A stretch of DNA of 64,000 nucleotides from a virus (Duplodnaviria; Caudoviricetes): positions 1 through 64,000 of the IMG/VR virus record IMGVR_UViG_3300016371_000007. One strand, written 5' to 3'. The position numbers were made by a program, and so were the translations under genes. The notes under the pieces are model-generated. The model made no database searches and was not told the DNA's origin. It saw only the letters and a program-made list of their open reading frames with translations. The stretch's first letter is position 1; every line of letters begins with the position of its first letter. Of this stretch, positions 56,513 to 64,000 are shown piece after piece.

Positions 56513-56589
56513 AGACTTTGGGCCTGCCCGGAATTCCACCTCCGAGCAGGCCCAACCGACAGATAAACGCAATCAACAGTTCGAAACAC

Positions 56590-57399
56590 ATGAATGCTAA
56601 ATCCCCCAAGGCCATTTGGAAAGGCACAATCTCCTTTTCATTGGTCACCGTCCCCGTGAAGCTCTACGCCGCCATTGAGGGCGAGGAGTTCGAATCTCAC
56701 ATGTTCTGGGAAAAGGACATGAGCCGAATCCGGTTCCAAAGGGTTGCGGAATCAACCGGCCAGGAAGTGCCGCCGGACCAAATCGTCAAGGGCTACGAAA
56801 CCGATTCAGGCGTAGTCGTCTTGAGCGATCAGGAGCGCGACGAGCTGATGCCCGAGCGTTCAAAATCAATCGAGGTCCTGGAGTTTGTGGACCTGGATGA
56901 TATTGATCCGATCTACTTTGATAGGCCCTATTTTCTCGCCCCTGACAAGGGCGGTGATCGCGGCTATGCGCTCTTGAGCAAGGCCCTGAACGCCACCGGC
57001 AAGGTAGGGCTGGCCCAGTTCGTATTGCGCGGGAAAGAGACGCTGTGCGCTCTGAGGCCCTACGGCGGCGGCCTCGTCCTGGCTGGCCTGCGGTTCGAGA
57101 GCAAGTTGCGCTCAATCGAGGATCTGGATCTGCCTGGAATTACCGCTGTCCGGGGCACCAAGGCCGAGCTGGATCTAGCCAAACAGCTGGTCAGCTCTAT
57201 GACCGGCGACTGGGTGCCGGAGAAATACAAGGATCGGTATTACGAGGACCTCAAGGATGTGGTCGAGCGCAAAGCCAAGGGACTCGCGCCAGCCGAACGC
57301 CCAGTCGTTACGCCCAAGCAAGTCTTACCCGATATCCTCGCGGCCCTGGAGGCCTCGATCAAAGCCAACGCCAAACAGAAAGCTAGCATCGCTAGATAA
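56590..57399 (+). CDS. ku: prokaryotic Ku DNA-end-binding protein
   Basis: AIWKGTISFSLVTVPVKLY, IVKGYE, IEVLEFV..DDIDPIYFDRPYFLAP, YALL..AL, KYKDRY...L..VVERKAKG are Ku signatures; core only, lacking the long basic tail. Confidence 0.93.
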   Translation: MNAKSPKAIWKGTISFSLVTVPVKLYAAIEGEEFESHMFWEKDMSRIRFQRVAESTGQEVPPDQIVKGYETDSGVVVLSDQERDELMPERSKSIEVLEFVDLDDIDPIYFDRPYFLAPDKGGDRGYALLSKALNATGKVGLAQFVLRGKETLCALRPYGGGLVLAGLRFESKLRSIEDLDLPGITAVRGTKAELDLAKQLVSSMTGDWVPEKYKDRYYEDLKDVVERKAKGLAPAERPVVTPKQVLPDILAALEASIKANAKQKASIAR

Positions 57400-57403
57400 T
57401 GCA

Positions 57404-57652
57404 ATGAACGACGAAACTGAAACCTACAGACGTGCTCGATTCCACGAGCTGAATGAGGAGGCGGCTGCCCGCCTGGAACTGGAAGAACGCCATGGACAGG
57501 TGTGGAGCACCGAAGAGTTGAGAGGCCAATTCGAGGTGCTCACCTTTGCGGCCCCGTTCGTAATCGTGCGGGATCGCAAGAGCACAAAGCGTGGAACGCT
57601 CGAGTTTCAGCACAGCCCGCGCTTCTATTTCAACTGGCAGGAGGATCGCTGA
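57404..57652 (+). CDS. conserved small phage protein
   Basis: GQVWSTEEL..QFEV..FAAPFVIVR...GTLEFQHSPRFYFNW pattern. Confidence 0.65.
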   Translation: MNDETETYRRARFHELNEEAAARLELEERHGQVWSTEELRGQFEVLTFAAPFVIVRDRKSTKRGTLEFQHSPRFYFNWQEDR

Positions 57653-58096
57653 TGCTCGACCCACTCTTTTGGGTCGGCCTCTTCATCGGCATTTTTCTCA
57701 TGTACCTTATCAAACGAGCCGACAAGGCTGACAAGTAAGCAACCCAACATTTGTAGCCAAACGCGCTGTGAGCCGATTACAGCGCGTTTGATTTTGTGAG
57801 GATACAATCTATCTGCCGGTACAGCATAATGCGCGTAGCAGCCTCCCACAACGTCCCAGGGCATTTACACGCAAATACGGTAATAATCCCTTTTATCGCT
57901 TTACCGGCACTCATTCTGTCCTGAATTAAACATATTGGGCGACCAATATACACAAATAGGACACTAGCATTGCTAATCACGGATGACATTTCACAAGGGG
58001 CTGATGACAGTCATCTAGACGACAGGCGTTGGGATGATGACAACAATCCTCAGATCAACGTACCAGAACTTGAGCACAAAGTATTTGATTAATATT

Positions 58097-58147
58097 TGAA
58101 TTGCGGAGCAGATTTTCATTGCAGTGAAAGGCCATATCCGGTAATGT
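58097..58147 (+). promoter_or_regulatory. sigma70-like promoter with operator, leaderless start
   Basis: TGAA-N14-TTCA (58097-58118), TTGCAG-N17-TAATGT, ATG 7 nt downstream of the -10. Confidence 0.6.
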
Positions 58148-58154
58148 TTTAACC

Positions 58155-58940
58155 ATGGCCAAGCCACTGACCAAAGAGCAAGTAGACCGAAAAATCAATT
58201 CCCTCATCGCGCAAGGCGCGTTGTTCGTTTCAAATCACTCCGGGGGCAAGGACTCGATGGCGCTGTTGATCACGCTCGCGAAGCGGATCCCGGCCCGCCA
58301 GCTGATCGTTGTCCATGCGTCCTTAGGCGAAGTCGAATGGGAAGGTGCACAGGAGAAAGCCCAGGAACACGCCGAGTCTCTCGGCCTGCCGTTCTTCGTG
58401 GCACGCGCCTCGAAGACTCTGTTCCAGAAGGTCACCGGACGCCGCCAGAACCGCCCAGGTGCGCCCAGCTGGCCGGACGCTCGCAATCGTTGGTGCACGT
58501 CTGATCTGAAGCGCGACCCAATCGCGAAAGTGGTCCGGGGCTACGCCAAGGAGCATGGGTTTACGACCGTGGTGAACTGCCTGGGCCTACGCGGCCAGGA
58601 GTCCACATCCCGCGCCAAGAAGCCACTCTTCCAGGTTGGCCGCGACACTTGCAAGAGCCGCCAGTGCTTCGACTGGCTCCCCATCCATCAGATGTTGGTC
58701 GAGGAAGTGTGGAACCTGATCGCCACCCAGGCGGTCAAGCGCCACCATGCGTATGACCTGGGGAACGAGCGCTTGAGCTGTGTGTTCTGCATCTTCGGCT
58801 CCAAGTGCGATCTGGCGAACGGCCATGAGCACAACCTGGACCTGTACGCCAAGTACGTGGCCCTGGAGAAGGAGACCGGCTACTCGATGCATGTCAGCAA
58901 GAAGTGGCTCCAGGAGCTAGTCCTGGGGCCGGAGGCTTGA
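58155..58940 (+). CDS. PAPS-reductase-family (PP-loop) protein
   Basis: SGGKDS, HASLGEVEW, RWCTSDLKRDPI, LGLRGQES, WLPI, RLSCVFCIF. Confidence 0.88.
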   Translation: MAKPLTKEQVDRKINSLIAQGALFVSNHSGGKDSMALLITLAKRIPARQLIVVHASLGEVEWEGAQEKAQEHAESLGLPFFVARASKTLFQKVTGRRQNRPGAPSWPDARNRWCTSDLKRDPIAKVVRGYAKEHGFTTVVNCLGLRGQESTSRAKKPLFQVGRDTCKSRQCFDWLPIHQMLVEEVWNLIATQAVKRHHAYDLGNERLSCVFCIFGSKCDLANGHEHNLDLYAKYVALEKETGYSMHVSKKWLQELVLGPEA

Positions 58941-58988
58941 AAATAGGCGCAAGTTTTCATTGACCTTTTCTGCAAAATCCGGTATAAC
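58938..58988 (+). promoter_or_regulatory. sigma70-like promoter with operator
   Basis: TGAAAAT-N8-GTTTTCA (58938-58959), TTGACC-N17-TATAAC. Confidence 0.65.
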
Positions 58989-58998
58989 TTTAATCACC

Positions 58999-61688
58999 AT
59001 GAGCAATAAATCTGACATCTACGGCCACTACTACGACAAAGCGCACGCCCACAACGAATCCGTGGGCGGCGAGCCCGAGTGCGAATCTTTCGTGAAATAC
59101 AGCAAGCGCTACAACGAGATCGAGGCGCTGCCGCAGTCGAACTCCTGGGGCCATCCTACAGGCCGCCGGGGCCATCTCTTGCCAGACGGTCGCGTGGCTG
59201 AGCTTCGCGGCGAGATCGGCAGCTGCTGGGCGCATGCGTTCATCTTCAAGAACGAGGCCCACCACAGCGGTTACCGCCAGATCCTGGGCATCGGCCAGTA
59301 CTTCGAGGACTAATTTTATGAACAAGCAACCCAAGCCACAATCCACGGAGCGCTACCGGCGCTCCGAGTTCTACATGAGCGACACCATCCACATCATCGA
59401 TGTGGACTACCGCTGGAGCGTACTGATCACGGGGCTCGCCTACGAGGGCGAGCGCTGGATCGGCAAGCCCATCAAAGACGAGGAGGCCGACAAGTGAAAC
59501 ACCTCTTGGAACTCCAAGCAATTTTACTGCTGCTCCAGGGCATCCTTTTGCTCTGGCTGTGGCTTCACCTCTTTCACATTTTATGACAACACAACCAACA
59601 ACCGAAATCGACTTGCTCCGGGTAACCGTGATCAAGAAAAAACATGCGACCCAGCTCCGCGAACGCTGGGGCAGTAACCCAGCCACCAAGTTCGAAGATG
59701 TGGACCTGCTCTATCACATCGACGAATGGGATGCCATTCTTTGCAGGCGCAAGAATAACCAGCATCTGGTCATCCTCCAGACCGGCTACTACTACCAAGT
59801 CAAAACCGTCCATGCGCCGGTAGGCAAATCGTCGCATGCGCTGGCCGAGGCCCGCGAGATTATCGAGAACCTCCCGCAGCTTTTATTAGATTGAAAATCT
59901 GCTTGCACATTCAAAGGATTTTTGCTTTACTGGTTTCACCATGAACAACACCCTGAAAAAATTCGGAAACTACAACGTCAGAATCGTGCGCAAAGGCGAC
60001 CGCTACGGCCTCAATGATTGCCTGACCCATGATGAGGACGATCTAATGGTCGAGTTCTACCTGGACTCGCATCATGATATTCACGGCCCACGCGGCTTCT
60101 TCGTCAGCCGCTACTACATCGGCACGCTGCTGAACCAGCCTGGGTTCTACGGCCATGAGCACAAGCCTGGAACTGGGCTCTGCCTGTACGGCGGCAACCA
60201 GTACGAGGATTCCATCAACGTCCCGGGCAAGGATTACGAGCAAGTCCTGGCCTACCTGGAGGAACTGCAATGAGCGAGCAAGAACTCCACCTGAAGACCC
60301 TGGAGGACTACCGGGAGATGGGCCGTCTCCAGGGCCGTGAGCAGATCCGCAAGATCCACGAGGAGACCGTGCTGGCGCACCTGAAACGAATGCAGACTGA
60401 GAAGCACTCCAGCCAGTACGCCCAAGGCTACATCGCTGGCTTGGAGTACTGCATCAGAACCCTTGAAATCAAGTCCTAGCCACCCTGCCGCTTCGAGGAG
60501 CGGCAGCAGGCTATGAATGAACCAACCAACTCACCCATCTTTAACTGGCGCGACCGGCCCCTGGATTATCCGCTCAAGGAGATCGAGGCCACACTGCGGA
60601 AGCGCCTAGCTGAAGGATACAGCTTTCACCAGAAATTTACCTGCGAGCACTGTGGGCAGCGGCTAACTGTCGAGGAGGAAAATGTCCTCCTGGAAGAAGG
60701 CGGCTGCGACCAGTGCGGCGGGATCACCAACATAAAAAAGAAAGGCTGCAATTACATGCTGCTTAAAACCATATGAGCACAGAACCAGAACCAACCAACC
60801 AACCCATATTCAACTGGGGCCACCCCGGCCACATCGTGGCTGAGTGGGAGCGCCGTGGCGACGAGGAGGGCATAGGCTTTGAGTGTCGGGCCTTTGACCA
60901 CCCGTTGCAGTATAAGATCGACATCTGGACATTGAAGGAACAGCGGGGCAACTACCGGATGCGCCTAGATGGCTTCGGCCACCTCAGGTGGTTTAACGAG
61001 GACAGCCTCCAGGAGCTGATCGCCCAGCTGATGAACATCAGCGTCACCGAGGTGATCGCGGCCAGCCGCCAGATGAGCGGCATGCACCGGAAGGCCTACA
61101 ACGCCTGGAAGGATAAACCCGAGGGCAACAACTGGCCCGAACCGCCGCCGGAAGTGCCGGAACTAGTGATCGCGGAATACTTCGAGGCGGCCCGCCAACG
61201 GACGCTCCAGGAGATGCATCCGCTGCTTCACTTCGGAGACAACTAACCCTAACCGTGGAACTCCACAGTTGTACATCAACATAGAAGACAAATTACCAAA
61301 GGACCTGCACCTGGAGGTGGCTTCTAGGCATGAGGATGTGACCGCGATGTACGAGGACGAAGGGCTTGGCGTCCTCGTACAGCCGTTCTATGAACGGGCC
61401 AAAAATGAGTTCACCAAGAACGAAGCAAGCTGGCACATGTGGGAGGGCTACTATGTAGAGCACGGTGACAGCAGCAACCTGTACGTGGTCGGCATACTGA
61501 TGCATCGGAACATCTTTTTCGTCCGGGCTATGCGCGTCAAAGGCGTCTCCACCGCCCAGCGCAAGGAAGTAGAGAAGAGCATCAGCGAAATGATGATCCA
61601 GTATCTAGAAGTGCTAATGCAAGAGATGGACCGCATCGTGCCACCCGGCATGGGCAAGAGCGGGGAACCGTGGAACTCCACACTTTGA
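58999..61688 (+). other. small early ORFs (58999-59313, 59318-59497, 59583-59894, 59941-60273, 60270-60479, 60513-60776 Cys4 zinc finger, 60773-61246, 61269-61688)
   Basis: Co-oriented, mostly ATG-started, tightly packed; CEHC...CDQC in 60513-60776. Confidence 0.65.
60485..60506 (+). other. intergenic GC-rich hairpin (no U-tract)
   Basis: CTGCCGCT-N6-AGCGGCAG, 8-bp perfect stem. Confidence 0.5.
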
Positions 61689-61725
61689 ATCCCTGATTGA
61701 CTTTTCAAGTCGAAACCGATACAGT
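61686..61725 (+). promoter_or_regulatory. sigma70-like promoter with overlapping operator, leaderless start
   Basis: TGAA-N14-TTCA (61686-61707) straddling TTGACT-N17-TACAGT; ATG 6 nt downstream of the -10. Confidence 0.7.
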
Positions 61726-61731
61726 AATAAT

Positions 61732-62529
61732 ATGCAATCAACCCTGACTAAACGAGAAATCCGAGAGCTAGCGCCCGCAGCGTTAGCCACCCACCCGGCC
61801 AAACGGGTCTCGGACAAGTATAAGTTCTACCCGACTAGCGCCATCATTGATGCGCTGGGCGGCGAAGGTTGGGCGGTGATCGAGGCCATAACGGCCCGGT
61901 CCCGCAGTAACAAGATCCCCGTTCAATACCGGCGGCACGAGCTGGCTTTCGCTCACCGCGATGTGCTGGCCAAGAAATCGAAGTTGGAGGAGATCCCCCG
62001 GATCATGCTGACCAATAGCCATGACGCGAACTGTGCGGCCCGGATGTATGCGGGCCTGTGGCGCTTCATCTGCTCCAACGGCATGCGGATCAGTGACGGC
62101 GTGGTGCAGTCGGTGCGGATCCCGCACACCCATCGCACCATCGAAGAGGTGGTGGCGACGGCCCAGGCGTTCCGCGCTAACACCCAAAGAATCGGGCAGC
62201 ATGTCGAGGCCTTCAAAGGCCGGATCCTGACAGACGCCGAAGTCCGGGAGTTTGCTAAGTGGGCCATCGTATTGCGCCAGCCGCAACAATCCGAGACGCT
62301 GATCGCCCCGGATGATATCCTGCGGATCGAGCGCACTCAGGATGTCGGCAATAGCCTCTGGACGGTCTTCAACCGAGTCCAGGAACACTTGCTGAAAGGT
62401 GGCTTTCCGATCTACCGGCACACTGAAGGTGGCTGGATTGAACGGACGGCGCGGCCCATCAAGGGCATCAGCCAAAATCTAGAGTTGAATGGGGAACTAT
62501 GGGATTTGGCCGAGCAGTTCCTCAACTAA
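61732..62529 (+). CDS. DUF932/DUF945-like protein
   Basis: LAPAALA.HP..RVSDKY.F.PT, PRIMLTNSHD, AGLWRFICSNG, WTVFNRVQEHL. Confidence 0.85.
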   Translation: MQSTLTKREIRELAPAALATHPAKRVSDKYKFYPTSAIIDALGGEGWAVIEAITARSRSNKIPVQYRRHELAFAHRDVLAKKSKLEEIPRIMLTNSHDANCAARMYAGLWRFICSNGMRISDGVVQSVRIPHTHRTIEEVVATAQAFRANTQRIGQHVEAFKGRILTDAEVREFAKWAIVLRQPQQSETLIAPDDILRIERTQDVGNSLWTVFNRVQEHLLKGGFPIYRHTEGGWIERTARPIKGISQNLELNGELWDLAEQFLN

Positions 62530-62549
62530 CTACAACCTTGACGAAGTGA

Positions 62550-62577
62550 ACCGGGCAAGCCCACGCTGCCCGGTTTC
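62550..62577 (+). terminator. possible terminator hairpin
   Basis: ACCGGGCA-N9-TGCCCGGT followed by a short T run, after the DUF932-like gene. Confidence 0.45.
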
Positions 62578-62662
62578 ACGTTGTTATGATAAGCTACAAA
62601 TTAAGATGGAAAGAAGGCGACATCACTGACCCAGTGGTGCAATTGAATTTCTACACGCGAAT

Positions 62663-63085
62663 ATGGAATCGAAGACTAAACAACACAATAGAGGAGGAGC
62701 CCGAGCCAATGCTGGGCGGCCCAAAAAAGACGAAGCGATTTGGGGCAAGATTAATTGCGTTCTACGAAAGGATACGATCCAGGCCCTCCGGGCAGGGTGC
62801 GGGGGCAAACACAAGCACTTCGGTGAGTTCTTGCAGGCCCACCTGGACGAGTACCCGCTACCGGATAGGGAAACCTACCTCTACAGGCAAAGGGTAAAAA
62901 AGCTGATGTCTAACGGCTGGCGGCCCAATCCTGAACGCGAGAAGATGGTCCGGGATCTCAAGCGCCAGGAGCGCGAACGATTGCGCCAGCTGGCCTGGGA
63001 GAAGAAACACCCCGAGCAGAAAGCTTTCCTGAAGACCTTGAACCAGCTGAAACGCAAGCAGGCCAAAGAGCAAGCCACTGCATGA
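62663..63085 (+). CDS. small DNA-binding protein with GGAR..AGRPKK (AT-hook-like) motif
   Basis: NRGGARANAGRPKK followed by a ribbon-helix-helix-like segment. Confidence 0.55.
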   Translation: MESKTKQHNRGGARANAGRPKKDEAIWGKINCVLRKDTIQALRAGCGGKHKHFGEFLQAHLDEYPLPDRETYLYRQRVKKLMSNGWRPNPEREKMVRDLKRQERERLRQLAWEKKHPEQKAFLKTLNQLKRKQAKEQATA

Positions 63086-63444
63086 CCTGCCTGGAGAAGC
63101 TTTCCAGGGCTAACCGCTGGCGCGTTCGCACGGGCCGGATGGCCAGCGATGAGACAGCCGGATGGAACGGTTGTTTCCTGATCCCTATCGATGGCCAGAT
63201 TTGGCAGATCCAGATAGCAGACGGCATGGGCTGGAAGCACTTGAGCGCCACCAACGCCCAGAAGCACCAGCTGCCGTCCTGGCAGATAATGGTCCGGCTC
63301 AAGAGTCTCTTTTTCTCAGACGAGGAGTGGGTTGTCATGTACATCCCGGCCCAGGAGGATTACGTAAACGATCACCCTTACGTACATCATCTATGGGCAC
63401 CCTTAGACGAAAAGCTTCCCATTCCCCCCATCGTTCTAGTCTAA
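63082..63444 (+). CDS. conserved phage protein (DUF7694-like)
   Basis: GWKHLS...PSW..M..LK.LFF..EE.V.MYIP....YVN.HPYVHHLW. Confidence 0.7.
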   Translation: MTCLEKLSRANRWRVRTGRMASDETAGWNGCFLIPIDGQIWQIQIADGMGWKHLSATNAQKHQLPSWQIMVRLKSLFFSDEEWVVMYIPAQEDYVNDHPYVHHLWAPLDEKLPIPPIVLV

Positions 63445-63707
63445 AGCGGAGGAAAGGCCTTCGCCACGCTTCCAGCCGCCGCGCCGTCCAGCTCAAGGAA
63501 TACGCACGGCTGAAGCGGGATTGGATCTTCTCACATCCAACCTGCGAGATCTGTAAAGCCAAGCCTGCGGCCCAGGTGCACCATCGGTGTGGCCGGATCG
63601 GTGACCGGCTGAACTCTACCGAGGATTGGCTGGCGGTTTGCGCCGATTGCCATTCCAAAATTCATAGCCACGGTAGCTGGGCGCGAGAACAAGGATTTCT
63701 AAAATAG
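63393..63707 (+). CDS. HNH endonuclease
   Basis: CEIC...AQVHHR...WLAVCADCHSKIH; start taken at ATG 63393. Confidence 0.8.
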   Translation: MGTLRRKASHSPHRSSLKRRKGLRHASSRRAVQLKEYARLKRDWIFSHPTCEICKAKPAAQVHHRCGRIGDRLNSTEDWLAVCADCHSKIHSHGSWAREQGFLK

Positions 63708-64000
63708 CGCTTGCATGCGCAACGTTTAGTCAGTAGTGCTTTAGCACTGAAGAGGTAGTACTTTAGTACTACTTGAAGGATTGATCCAGGGATCAAAATC
63801 GTGCAAACTACCCCCATCGAAGCAACGATTTACTACCGGCACTACTTGGGCGAAGTCGCCCGGTTAAAAGCGGCCATTATCCCCTTAACCGACCAGCTGG
63901 CGCGTTGTAGTCCAGGCGCTATAGCAGCGGTTAACCGGGTCCTGGACCGGCGGCATTTTCGCGTTCGCGATTCGGAGCTGATGTGTACCCTCTTGCTTAA

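Noticed and set aside
58155-58940. Complete Dnd/Ssp phosphorothioation system
   Set aside because: Only a PAPS-reductase-family gene is present; no DndA/B/D/E or Ssp partners recognised.
1-64000. Stop-codon reassignment, lysis cassette, integrase, tRNAs
   Set aside because: Long ORFs are intact under the standard code with all three stops used; no endolysin, holin-spanin set, recombinase or tRNA could be supported from sequence, and they may lie outside the window.

Overview
The window is a 64 kb segment of a tailed dsDNA bacteriophage with podovirus-like architecture; no tape measure or sheath gene is evident. The host is probably diderm (Gram-negative), because the phage encodes an autotransporter. 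1-47.7 kb is a rightward late/virion operon: portal-like gene, scaffold, three glycosyltransferase/FkbM-methyltransferase genes, major capsid protein, adaptor, nozzle, a block of low-complexity DNA-ejection/internal virion proteins ending in a 2931-aa polyvalent protein, an inverted cassette of small basic proteins, collagen/foldon tail fibres and an autotransporter. 48.0-55.7 kb is a leftward operon of mostly small DNA-binding or hypothetical genes. 55.8-64 kb is a rightward early region (DUF6011-like, Ku, PAPS-reductase-family, DUF932-like, HNH) driven by operator-flanked, near-leaderless promoters. The standout feature is an intact YcaO-TfuA pair (peptide-backbone thioamidation machinery) translationally coupled into the ejection-protein operon. 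Together with the head-module glycosyltransferases it suggests a phage-encoded virion post-translational-modification system. All family names come from motif recognition by eye, not database searches. No terminase large subunit, integrase, replicative polymerase/helicase, endolysin, tRNA or CRISPR array was recognised.
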